Assembly: GCA_032718475.1 (NCBI GenBank) | Contig: JAUCBJ010005532.1 | Location: 1-58,912, forward strand | Length of the DNA: 58,912 nt | Direction: 5' to 3' | Source: Nemertoderma westbladi | Lineage: Eukaryota > Animalia > Xenacoelomorpha | In this document: positions 1-13,500 of the stretch, in pieces | Numbering within the stretch: the stretch's first letter is position 1 | How the letters are laid out: every line of letters begins with the position of its first letter | The notes under the pieces: generated by a model | Seen by the model: only the letters and a program-made list of their open reading frames with translations | Told to the model about the DNA's origin: nothing | Database searches by the model: none | Translations under genes and position numbers: made by a program

Positions 1-26
1 GGGGGGGGGTCAATATGACCCCTCCC
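1..26. repeat. Subterminal palindrome GGGGTCA-ATA-TGACCCC, copy 1
   Basis: GGGGGGGGGTCAATATGACCCCTCCC; a near-identical copy lies at 1475-1500. Confidence 0.85.
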
Positions 27-249
27 GTGATTTTTTTATTATAATTCTGAAACAAACGCAGTTGGGAATCTGAAATTTTATGACTTTTCCTAAAAATCTA
101 TTGTCTTCCTAGTAGTGAAAACCGTTTTCAAAAATATTGGGTACTTTTCGAGTTATAGCACCATTTTTTAACCCTACTTTTGGCACTTTTTTTGAGACGT
201 TTTTTGAAAATTACATTTCATTAAATATGAATTGTAACATCTCTATTTT

Positions 250-1020
250 TGATTTACACCGTTTTTTTTGTGTTAGAAATTTGATGGAATTCATATAAAT
301 TGATTTAGAAATTTCAAACTTGTTTTTTTCGGTGGGTGCCAAATTTTGGTGCCAGCACCAAATTTTGAATTATGTCAATTTTGTAAATTGATTGTTTGAA
401 ACTTGTTTTTTACGCAATTGGGGTTTTTTGGGGTTCTGGATTCGATGAAATATATACGAGTTGCACCAAGCGTATCAAACTTGTATTTTTCGGTGCTGTG
501 TGCAAATTTTGGTGCTAGCACGAAATTTTGAAAATTCATTCGATAGATAAAATTGCTTGTGACAATTTATTTCTTGCGTTTTAGAGGTTTATGGCTGTTC
601 TGAATTCAATGGAATAAATAATTATCGAACTAGACATCTCAAACTTGTATTTTTCGGATGTGGGTGCAAAATGTGGTGCTAGCACCAAATTTTGAAAACC
701 GTCAAATATATCAATTGATTGTGTCACCTTGTTTCTTGCGTTATACGGGTTTGTGATGGTTCTGAATTCAATGGAATCAGTAAAAATTTCATAAGAGTTC
801 TCAAACTGGTATTTTTCGCCAGTGGGTGAAAATTGTTGTGCCAGCACCAAATTTTGGAAAATATGCAAATTTATCAGTAGATAGTATCACCTTGTTTCTT
901 GCGTTATACGGGTTTATGAGGGTCCTGAATCCGATGGAATCCATAAAAACAGCACTGGACATCGCAAACTTGTACTTTTTGGTGATGGGTACGAAATTTG
1001 GTGCTAGCACCAAAATTTGC
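250..1020. repeat. Five diverged ~162-bp tandem sub-repeats inside the transposon
   Basis: The motif (T/G)CAAACT(T/G)GT...TTTT...GTGC(T/C)AGCAC(C/G)AAA starts at ~314, 475, 639, 801 and 964 (spacing 161-164 bp). Outer boundaries are approximate. Confidence 0.85.
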
Positions 1021-1474
1021 CAAATTACGCCGAAAAATACAAGTATCAATGATCTGGCATATTAGAAATGTATTCCATTAGAATCAGCGCCCTCGAAAAC
1101 CTGAAAATGTGAATTTATAGCATCGTATAAGTGAATTAAAAATTTTGTGTTTTACCTGAAAAGTGCTGGTTACTTGTTTTTTTCATTTTTTTCCTACGCA
1201 GAGAGGACTAAACGGCCATTTATAGTAATCATATCATTTTTAAATATTTTCCAATGTTTTTTGCACCCCAGAAAACCTGTATTGAAAAATAATTAGCCGA
1301 AAATGTAACTTTCAAATTTTGTGAAAATTGTGCACTACTTGTAATTTTGGTGCTGCAATATAACCACCCCAGTACATTTTTTCGAAATTTCTTTTTTTCG
1401 GTCGGATCCAGACAAGTGATACCTAAGTACAAACAAAAAATCAGACGTTTTCGTAAATATTTGTAGATTTTAGA

Positions 1475-1500
1475 GGGGGGGGTCAATATGACCCCCTCCC
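1475..1500. repeat. Subterminal palindrome GGGGTCA-ATA-TGACCCC, copy 2
   Basis: GGGGGGGGTCAATATGACCCCCTCCC, about 40 bp inside the AGGG|TTAA terminus. Confidence 0.85.
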
Positions 1501-1539
1501 GGTATTTGTACAGCATTTTATAGCCCGGTACTAATAGGG

Positions 1540-4500
1540 TTAATGTCTAACAAACTACATAGTGTCTAATAGTAAAGCTATTTAATGTCTAACAAACTAC
1601 ATAGTGTGCAATGGCAAAACTATTTAATGTCTAACAAACTACATAGTGTGCAATGGCAAAACTATTTAATGTCTAACAAACTACATAGTGTCCAATAGCA
1701 AAGCTATTTAATGTCTAACAAACTACATAGTGTCCAATAGCAAAGCTATTTAATGTCTAACAAACTACATAGTGTCCAATAGCAAAGCTATTTAATGTCT
1801 AACAAACTACATAGTGTCCAATAGCAAAGCTATTTAATGTCTAACAAACTACATAGTGTGCAATGGCAAAACTATTTAATGTCTAACAAACTACATAGTG
1901 TGCAATGGCAAAACTATTTAATGTCTAACAAACTACATAGTGTCCAATAGCAAAGCTATTTAATGTCTAACAAACTACATAGTGTCCAATAGCAAAGCTA
2001 TTTAATGTCTAACAAACTACATAGTGTCCAATAGCAAAGCTATTTAATGTCTAACAAACTACATAGTGTCCAATAGCAAAGCTATTTAATGTCTAACAAA
2101 CTACATAGTGTGCAATGGCGAAGCTATTTAATGTCTAACAAACTACATAGTGTCCAATAGCAAAGCTATTTAATGTCTAACAAACTACATAGTGTCCAAT
2201 AGCAAAGCTATTTAATGTCTAACAAACTACATAGTGTGCAATGGCAAAACTATTTAATGTCTAACAAACTACATAGTGTGCAATGGCAAAACTATTTAAT
2301 GTCTAACAAACTACATAGTGTCCAATAGCAAAGCTATTTAATGTCTAACAAACTACATAGTGTCCAATAGCAAAGCTATTTAATGTCTAACAAACTACAT
2401 AGTGTCCAATAGCAAAGCTATTTAATGTCTAACAAACTACATAGTGTCCAATAGCAAAGCTATTTAATGTCTAACAAACTACATAGTGTCCAATAGCAAA
2501 GCTATTTAATGTCTAACAAACTACATAGTGTCCAATAGCAAAGCTATTTAATGTCTAACAAACTACATAGTGTCCAATAGCAAAGCTATTTAATGTCTAA
2601 CAAACTACATAGTGTCCAATGGCGAAGCTATTTAATGTCTAACAAACTACATAGTGTCCAATAGCAAAGCTATTTAATGTCTAACAAACTACATAGTGTC
2701 TAATAGCAAAGCTATTTAATATCTAACAAACTACGTAGTGTCCAATAGCAAAGCTATTTAATGTCTAACAAACTACATAGTGTCCAATAGCAAAGCTATT
2801 TAATGTCTAACAAACTACATAGTGTCCAATGGCGAAGCTATTTAATGTCTAACAAACTACATAGTGTCCAATAGCAAAGCTATTTAATGTCTAACAAACT
2901 ACATAGTGTCTAATAGCAAAGCTATTTAATATCTAACAAACTACGTAGTGTCCAATAGCAAAGCTGTTTAATGTCTAACAAACTACATAGTGTCCAATAG
3001 CAAAGCTATTTAATGTCTAACAAACTACATAGTGTGGAATGGCGAAGCTATTTAATGTCTAACAAACTACATAGTGTCCAATAGCAAAGCTATTTAATGT
3101 CTAACAAACTACATAGTGTGCAATGGCGAAGCTATTTAATGTCTAACAAATTACATAGTGTCCAATAGCAAAGCTATTTAATGTCTAACAAACTACATAG
3201 TGTGCAATGGCGAAGCTATTTAATGTCTAACAAACTACATAGTGTCCAATAGCAAAGCTATTTAATGTCTAACAAACTACATAGTGTCTAATAGCAAAGC
3301 TATTTAATGTCTAACAAACTACATAGTGTGCAATGGCGAAGCTATTTAATGTCTAACAAACTACATAGTGTCTAATAGCAAAGCTATTTAATGTCTAACA
3401 AACTACATAGTGTCTAATAGCAAAGCTATTTAATGTCTAACAAACTACATAGTGTCCAATAGCAAAGCTATTTAATGTCTAACAAACTACATAGTGTCTA
3501 ATAGCAAAGCTATTTAATGTCTAACAAACTACATAGTGTCTAATAGCAAAGCTATTTAATGTCTAACAAACTACATAGTGTCCAATAGCAAAGCTATTTA
3601 ATGTCTAACAAACTACATAGTGTCCAATAGCAAAGCTATTTAATGTCTAACAAACTACATAGTGTCCAATAGCAAAGCTATTTAATGTCTAACAAACTAC
3701 ATAGTGTGGAATGGCGAAGCTATTTAATGTCTAACAAACTACATAGTGTCCAATAGCAAAGCTATTTAATGTCTAACAAACTACATAGTGTGGAATGGCG
3801 AAGCTATTTAATGTCTAACAAACTACGTAGTGTGGAATGGCGAAGCTATTTAATGTCTAACAAACTACGTAGTGTGGAATGGCGAAGCTATTTAATGTCT
3901 AACAAACTACATAGTGTGCAATGGCGAAGCGATTTAATGTATAACAAACTACGTAGTGTGGAATGGCGAAGCGATTTAATGTCTAACAAACTACATAGTG
4001 TCTAATAGCAAAGCTATTTAATGTCTAACAAACTACGTAGTGTGGAATGGCGAAGCTATTTAATGTCTAACAAACTACGTAGTGTGGAATGGCGAAGCGA
4101 TTTAATGTATAACAAACTACGTAGTGTGGAATGGCGAAGCGATTTAATGTATAACAAACTACGTAGTGTGGAATGGCGAAGCGATTTAATGTATAACAAA
4201 CTACGTAGTGTGGAATGGCGAAGCGATTTAATATCTAACAAACTACATAGTGTGGAATGGCGAAGCGATTTAATGTATAACAAACTACGTAGTGTGGAAT
4301 GGCGAAGCGATTTAATGTCTAACAAACTACATAGTGTGGAATGGCGAAGCGATTTAATGTATAACAAACTACATAGTGTCTAATAGCAAAGCTATTTAAT
4401 GTCTAACAAACTACGTAGTGTGGAATGGCGAAGCGATTTAATGTATAACAAACTACGTAGTGTGGAATGGCGAAGCGATTTAATGTCTAACAAACTACAT

Positions 4501-7500
4501 AGTGTCTAATAGCAAAGCTATTTAATGTCTAACAAACTACGTAGTGTGGAATGGCGAAGCTATTTAATGTCTAACAAACTACGTAGTGTGGAATGGCGAA
4601 GCGATTTAATGTATAACAAACTACGTAGTGTGGAATGGCGAAGCGATTTAATGTATAACAAACTACGTAGTGTGGAATGGCGAAGCGATTTAATGTATAA
4701 CAAACTACGTAGTGTGGAATGGCGAAGCGATTTAATATCTAACAAACTACATAGTGTGGAATGGCGAAGCGATTTAATGTATAACAAACTACGTAGTGTG
4801 GAATGGCGAAGCTATTTAATGTCTAACAAACTACATAGTGTGGAATGGCGAAGCGATTTAATGTCTAACAAACTACGTAGTGTGGAATGGCGAAGCTATT
4901 TAATGTCTAACAAACTACATAGTGTGGAATGGCGAAGCGATTTAATGTCTAACAAACTACATAGTGTCTAATAGCAAAGCTATTTAATGTCTAACAAACT
5001 ACGTAGTGTGGAATGGCGAAGCTATTTAATGTCTAACAAACTACGTAGTGTGGAATGGCGAAGCGATTTAATGTATAACAAACTACGTAGTGTGGAATGG
5101 CGAAGCTATTTAATGTCTAACAAACTACGTAGTGTGGAATGGCGAAGCGATTTAATGTATAACAAACTACGTAGTGTGGAATGGCGAAGCGATTTAATGT
5201 CTAACAAACTACATAGTGTCTAATAGCAAAGCTATTTAATGTCTAACAAACTACGTAGTGTGGAATGGCGAAGCTATTTAATGTCTAACAAACTACATAG
5301 TGTGGAATGGCGAAGCGATTTAATGTCTAACAAACTACATAGTGTCTAATAGCAAAGCTATTTAATGTCTAACAAACTACGTAGTGTGGAATGGCGAAGC
5401 TATTTAATGTCTAACAAACTACGTAGTGTGGAATGGCGAAGCGATTTAATGTATAACAAACTACGTAGTGTGGAATGGCGAAGCTATTTAATGTCTAACA
5501 AACTACGTAGTGTGGAATGGCGAAGCGATTTAATGTATAACAAACTACGTAGTGTGGAATGGCGAAGCGATTTAATGTATAACAAACTACATAGTGTGGA
5601 ATGGCGAAGCGATTTAATGTATAACAAACTACATAGTGTGGAATGGCGAAGCGATTTAATGTATAACAAACTACGTAGTGTGGAATGGCGAAGCGATTTA
5701 ATGTATAACAAACTACGTAGTGTGGAATGGCGAAGCTATTTAATGTATAACAAACTACGTAGTGTGGAATGGCGAAGCGATTTAATATCTAACAAACTAC
5801 ATAGTGTGGAATGGCGAAGCGATTTAATGTATAACAAACTACGTAGTGTGGAATGGCGAAGCGATTTAATGTATAACAAACTACGTAGTGTGGAATGGCG
5901 AAGCGATTTAATATCTAACAAACTACATAGTGTGGAATGGCGAAGCGATTTAATGTATAACAAACTACGTAGTGTGGAATGGCGAAGCGATTTAATGTAT
6001 AACAAACTACGTAGTGTGGAATGGCGAAGCGATTTAATGTCTAACAAACTACATAGTGTCTAATAGCAAAGCTATTTAATGTCTAACAAACTACGTAGTG
6101 TGGAATGGCGAAGCTATTTAATGTCTAACAAACTACGTAGTGTGGAATGGCGAAGCGATTTAATGTATAACAAACTACGTAGTGTGGAATGGCGAAGCGA
6201 TTTAATGTATAACAAACTACGTAGTGTGGAATGGCGAAGCGATTTAATGTATAACAAACTACGTAGTGTGGAATGGCGAAGCGATTTAATATCTAACAAA
6301 CTACATAGTGTGGAATGGCGAAGCGATTTAATGTATAACAAACTACGTAGTGTGGAATGGCGAAGCGATTTAATGTATAACAAACTACGTAGTGTGGAAT
6401 GGCGAAGCGATTTAATGTCTAACAAACTACATAGTGTCTAATAGCAAAGCTATTTAATGTCTAACAAACTACGTAGTGTGGAATGGCGAAGCTATTTAAT
6501 GTCTAACAAACTACGTAGTGTGGAATGGCGAAGCGATTTAATGTATAACAAACTACGTAGTGTGGAATGGCGAAGCGATTTAATGTATAACAAACTACAT
6601 AGTGTGGAATGGCGAAGCGATTTAATGTCTAACAAACTACGTAGTGTGGAATGGCGAAGCGATTTAATGTCTAACAAACTACGTAGTGTGGAATGGCGAA
6701 GCTATTTAATGTCTAACAAACTACATAGTGTGGAATGGCGAAGCGATTTAATGTCTAACAAACTACGTAGTGTGGAATGGCGAAGCGATTTAATGTATAA
6801 CAAACTACGTAGTGTGGAATGGCGAAGCTATTTAATGTCTAACAAACTACGTAGTGTCTAATAGCAAAGCTATTTAATGTCTAACAAACTACGTAGTGTG
6901 GAATGGCGAAGCGATTTAATGTATAACAAACTACGTAGTGTGGAATGGCGAAGCTATTTAATGTCTAACAAACTACGTAGTGTGGAATGGCGAAGCGATT
7001 TAATGTATAACAAACTACGTAGTGTGGAATGGCGAAGCTATTTAATGTCTAACAAACTACATAGTGTGGAATGGCGAAGCGATTTAATGTCTAACAAACT
7101 ACATAGTGTGGAATGGCGAAGCGATTTAATGTATAACAAACTACGTAGTGTGGAATGGCGAAGCTATTTAATGTCTAACAAACTACGTAGTGTCTAATAG
7201 CAAAGCTATTTAATGTCTAACAAACTACGTAGTGTGGAATGGCGAAGCGATTTAATGTATAACAAACTACATAGTGTGGAATGGCGAAGCGATTTAATGT
7301 ATAACAAACTACGTAGTGTGGAATGGCGAAGCGATTTAATGTATAACAAACTACATAGTGTGGAATGGCGAAGCGATTTAATGTCTAACAAACTACGTAG
7401 TGTGGAATGGCGAAGCGATTTAATGTATAACAAACTACATAGTGTGGAATGGCGAAGCGATTTAATGTATAACAAACTACATAGTGTGGAATGGCGAAGC

Positions 7501-10500
7501 GATTTAATGTCTAACAAACTACATAGTGTGGAATGGCGAAGCGATTTAATGTCTAACAAACTACATAGTGTGGAATGGCGAAGCGATTTAATGTATAACA
7601 AACTACGTAGTGTGGAATGGCGAAGCGATTTAATGTCTAACAAACTACGTAGTGTGGAATGGCGAAGCGATTTAATGTCTAACAAACTACGTAGTGTCTA
7701 ATAGTAAAGCTATTTAATGTCTAACAAACTACGTAGTGTGGAATGGCGAAGCGATTTAATGTATAACAAACTACGTAGTGTGGAATGGCGAAGCGATTTA
7801 ATGTATAACAAACTACATAGTGTGGAATGGCGAAGCTATTTAATGTATAACAAACTACGTAGTGTGGAATGGCGAAGCGATTTAATGTATAACAAACTAC
7901 ATAGTGTGGAATGGCGAAGCTATTTAATGTATAACAAACTACGTAGTGTGGAATGGCGAAGCGATTTAATGTATAACAAACTACATAGTGTGGAATGGCG
8001 AAGCGATTTAATGTATAACAAACTACATAGTGTGGAATGGCGAAGCGATTTAATGTCTAACAAACTACATAGTGTGGAATGGCGAAGCTATTTAATGTCT
8101 AACAAACTACATAGTGTGGAATGGCGAAGCGATTTAATGTATAACAAACTACGTAGTGTGGAATGGCGAAGCGATTTAATGTCTAACAAACTACGTAGTG
8201 TGGAATGGCGAAGCGATTTAATGTCTAACAAACTACGTAGTGTCTAATAGTAAAGCTATTTAATGTCTAACAAACTACGTAGTGTGGAATGGCGAAGCGA
8301 TTTAATGTCTAACAAACTACATAGTGTGGAATGGCGAAGCGATTTAATGTATAACAAACTACATAGTGTGGAATGGCGAAGCGATTTAATGTCTAACAAA
8401 CTACGTAGTGTGGAATGGCGAAGCGATTTAATGTCTAACAAACTACGTAGTGTGGAATGGCGAAGCTATTTAATGTATAACAAACTACATAGTGTGGAAT
8501 GGCGAAGCGATTTAATGTATAACAAACTACATAGTGTGGAATGGCGAAGCTATTTAATGTATAACAAACTACGTAGTGTGGAATGGCGAAGCGATTTAAT
8601 GTATAACAAACTACATAGTGTGGAATGGCGAAGCTATTTAATGTATAACAAACTACGTAGTGTGGAATGGCGAAGCGATTTAATGTATAACAAACTACAT
8701 AGTGTGGAATGGCGAAGCTATTTAATGTATAACAAACTACGTAGTGTGGAATGGCGAAGCTATTTAATGTCTAACAAACTACGTAGTGTGGAATGGCGAA
8801 GCTATTTAATGTCTAACAAACTACGTAGTGTGGAATGGCGAAGCGATTTAATGTATAACAAACTACATAGTGTGGAATGGCGAAGCTATTTAATGTATAA
8901 CAAACTACGTAGTGTGGAATGGCGAAGCGATTTAATGTCTAACAAACTACATAGTGTGGAATGGCGAAGCTATTTAATGTCTAACAAACTACATAGTGTG
9001 GAATGGCGAAGCGATTTAATGTCTAACAAACTACGTAGTGTGGAATGGCGAAGCGATTTAATGTATAACAAACTACATAGTGTGGAATGGCGAAGCGATT
9101 TAATGTATAACAAACTACATAGTGTGGAATGGCGAAGCGATTTAATGTATAACAAACTACATAGTGTGGAATGGCGAAGCTATTTAATGTATAACAAACT
9201 ACGTAGTGTGGAATGGCGAAGCGATTTAATGTATAACAAACTACGTAGTGTGGAATGGCGAAGCTATTTAATGTCTAACAAACTACATAGTGTGGAATGG
9301 CGAAGCTATTTAATGTCTAACAAACTACGTAGTGTGGAATGGCGAAGCTATTTAATGTATAACAAACTACGTAGTGTGGAATGGCGAAGCGATTTAATGT
9401 ATAACAAACTACATAGTGTGGAATGGCGAAGCTATTTAATGTATAACAAACTACATAGTGTGGAATGGCGAAGCTATTTAATGTATAACAAACTACGTAG
9501 TGTGGAATGGCGAAGCGATTTAATGTATAACAAACTACATAGTGTGGAATGGCGAAGCTATTTAATGTATAACAAACTACATAGTGTGGAATGGCGAAGC
9601 TATTTAATGTATAACAAACTACGTAGTGTGGAATGGCGAAGCTATTTAATGTCTAACAAACTACGTAGTGTGGAATGGCGAAGCTATTTAATGTCTAACA
9701 AACTACATAGTGTGGAATGGCGAAGCGATTTAATGTATAACAAACTACGTAGTGTGGAATGGCGAAGCGATTTAATGTCTAACAAACTACATAGTGTGGA
9801 ATGGCGAAGCGATTTAATGTATAACAAACTACGTAGTGTGGAATGGCGAAGCGATTTAATGTATAACAAACTACATAGTGTGGAATGGCGAAGCGATTTA
9901 ATGTCTAACAAACTACGTAGTGTGGAATGGCGAAGCGATTTAATGTATAACAAACTACATAGTGTCTAATAGTAAAGCTGTTTAATGTCTAACAAACTAC
10001 ATAGTGTGGAATGGCGAAGCTATTTAATGTCTAACAAACTACATAGTGTGGAATGGCGAAGCGATTTAATGTATAACAAACTACGTAGTGTGGAATGGCG
10101 AAGCGATTTAATGTATAACAAACTACATAGTGTGGAATGGCGAAGCTATTTAATGTCTAACAAACTACATAGTGTCTAATAGTAAAGCTATTTAATGTCT
10201 AACAAACTACATAGTGTGGAATGGCGAAGCGATTTAATGTATAACAAACTACGTAGTGTGGAATGGCAAAGCTATTTAATGTCTAACAAACTACGTAGTG
10301 TGGAATGGCGAAGCTATTTAATGTCTAACAAACTACATAGTGTGGAATGGCGAAGCGATTTAATGTATAACAAACTACGTAGTGTGGAATGGCGAAGCGA
10401 TTTAATGTATAACAAACTACGTAGTGTGGAATGGCGAAGCGATTTAATGTATAACAAACTACGTAGTGTGGAATGGCGAAGCGATTTAATGTATAACAAA

Positions 10501-13500
10501 CTACGTAGTGTGGAATGGCGAAGCGATTTAATGTATAACAAACTACATAGTGTCTAATAGTAAAGCTATTTAATGTCTAACAAACTACGTAGTGTGGAAT
10601 GGCGAAGCTATTTAATGTCTAACAAACTACATAGTGTGGAATGGCGAAGCTATTTAATGTCTAACAAACTACATAGTGTGGAATGGCGAAGCTATTTAAT
10701 GTATAACAAACTACATAGTGTGGAATGGCGAAGCTATTTAATGTCTAACAAACTACATAGTGTGGAATGGCGAAGCTATTTAATGTATAACAAACTACAT
10801 AGTGTGGAATGGCGAAGCTATTTAATGTATAACAAACTACGTAGTGTGGAATGGCGAAGCGATTTAATGTATAACAAACTACATAGTGTGGAATGGCGAA
10901 GCTATTTAATGTATAACAAACTACATAGTGTGGAATGGCGAAGCTATTTAATGTATAACAAACTACGTAGTGTGGAATGGCGAAGCGATTTAATGTATAA
11001 CAAACTACATAGTGTGGAATGGCGAAGCTATTTAATGTATAACAAACTACATAGTGTGGAATGGCGAAGCTATTTAATGTATAACAAACTACGTAGTGTG
11101 GAATGGCGAAGCTATTTAATGTCTAACAAACTACGTAGTGTGGAATGGCGAAGCTATTTAATGTCTAACAAACTACATAGTGTGGAATGGCGAAGCGATT
11201 TAATGTATAACAAACTACGTAGTGTGGAATGGCGAAGCGATTTAATGTCTAACAAACTACATAGTGTGGAATGGCGAAGCGATTTAATGTATAACAAACT
11301 ACGTAGTGTGGAATGGCGAAGCGATTTAATGTATAACAAACTACGTAGTGTGGAATGGCGAAGCTATTTAATGTCTAACAAACTACATAGTGTGGAATGG
11401 CGAAGCGATTTAATGTCTAACAAACTACGTAGTGTGGAATGGCGAAGCGATTTAATGTATAACAAACTACATAGTGTCTAATAGTAAAGCTGTTTAATGT
11501 CTAACAAACTACATAGTGTGGAATGGCGAAGCTATTTAATGTCTAACAAACTACATAGTGTGGAATGGCGAAGCGATTTAATGTATAACAAACTACGTAG
11601 TGTGGAATGGCGAAGCGATTTAATGTATAACAAACTACATAGTGTGGAATGGCGAAGCTATTTAATGTCTAACAAACTACATAGTGTCTAATAGTAAAGC
11701 TATTTAATGTCTAACAAACTACATAGTGTGGAATGGCGAAGCGATTTAATGTATAACAAACTACGTAGTGTGGAATGGCAAAGCTATTTAATGTCTAACA
11801 AACTACGTAGTGTGGAATGGCGAAGCTATTTAATGTCTAACAAACTACATAGTGTGGAATGGCGAAGCGATTTAATGTATAACAAACTACGTAGTGTGGA
11901 ATGGCGAAGCGATTTAATGTATAACAAACTACGTAGTGTGGAATGGCGAAGCGATTTAATGTATAACAAACTACGTAGTGTGGAATGGCGAAGCGATTTA
12001 ATGTATAACAAACTACGTAGTGTGGAATGGCGAAGCGATTTAATGTATAACAAACTACATAGTGTCTAATAGTAAAGCTATTTAATGTCTAACAAACTAC
12101 GTAGTGTGGAATGGCGAAGCTATTTAATGTCTAACAAACTACATAGTGTGGAATGGCGAAGCGATTTAATGTATAACAAACTACGTAGTGTGGAATGGCG
12201 AAGCGATTTAATGTATAACAAACTACGTAGTGTGGAATGGCGAAGCGATTTAATGTATAACAAACTACATAGTGTCTAATAGTAAAGCTATTTAATGTCT
12301 AACAAACTACGTAGTGTGGAATGGCGAAGCTATTTAATGTCTAACAAACTACATAGTGTGGAATGGCAAAGCTATTTAATGTCTAACAAACTACGTAGTG
12401 TGGAATGGCGAAGCTATTTAATGTCTAACAAACTACATAGTGTGGAATGGCGAAGCGATTTAATGTATAACAAACTACGTAGTGTGGAATGGCGAAGCGA
12501 TTTAATGTATAACAAACTACGTAGTGTGGAATGGCGAAGCGATTTAATGTATAACAAACTACATAGTGTCTAATAGTAAAGCTATTTAATGTCTAACAAA
12601 CTACATAGTGTGGAATGGCGAAGCGATTTAATGTATAACAAACTACGTAGTGTGGAATGGCGAAGCGATTTAATGTATAACAAACTACGTAGTGTGGAAT
12701 GGCGAAGCGATTTAATGTATAACAAACTACGTAGTGTGGAATGGCGAAGCGATTTAATGTATAACAAACTACGTAGTGTGGAATGGCGAAGCGATTTAAT
12801 GTATAACAAACTACATAGTGTCTAATAGTAAAGCTATTTAATGTCTAACAAACTACATAGTGTGGAATGGCGAAGCGATTTAATGTATAACAAACTACGT
12901 AGTGTGGAATGGCGAAGCGATTTAATGTATAACAAACTACGTAGTGTGGAATGGCGAAGCGATTTAATGTATAACAAACTACATAGTGTCTAATAGTAAA
13001 GCTATTTAATGTCTAACAAACTACATAGTGTGGAATGGCGAAGCGATTTAATGTATAACAAACTACGTAGTGTGGAATGGCGAAGCGATTTAATGTATAA
13101 CAAACTACATAGTGTGGAATGGCGAAGCTATTTAATGTCTAACAAACTACGTAGTGTGGAATGGCGAAGCGATTTAATGTATAACAAACTACGTAGTGTG
13201 GAATGGCGAAGCGATTTAATGTATAACAAACTACATAGTGTCTAATAGTAAAGCTATTTAATGTCTAACAAACTACATAGTGTGGAATGGCGAAGCGATT
13301 TAATGTCTAACAAACTACGTAGTGTGGAATGGCGAAGCTATTTAATGTATAACAAACTACATAGTGTGGAATGGCGAAGCGATTTAATGTCTAACAAACT
13401 ACGTAGTGTGGAATGGCGAAGCGATTTAATGTATAACAAACTACGTAGTGTGGAATGGCGAAGCGATTTAATGTATAACAAACTACATAGTGTGGAATGG

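Larger units (their letters stand above)
1..1539. mobile_element. Non-autonomous piggyBac-like DNA transposon (MITE-like); right end visible, left end probably just upstream of the window
   Basis: Terminus ...CCCGGTACTAATAGGG (ends 1539) is followed by TTAA (1540-1543), i.e. TTAA-CCCT on the minus strand, the piggyBac-type terminus and target site. A G-rich palindrome occurs at both 1-26 and 1475-1500. No transposase ORF is present. The left TIR and TSD are outside the window, so the family call is not fully confirmed. Confidence 0.7.

Noticed and set aside
581-1516. Short ORFs within the transposon
   Set aside because: They show no transposase motifs and arise from AT-rich internal repeats.
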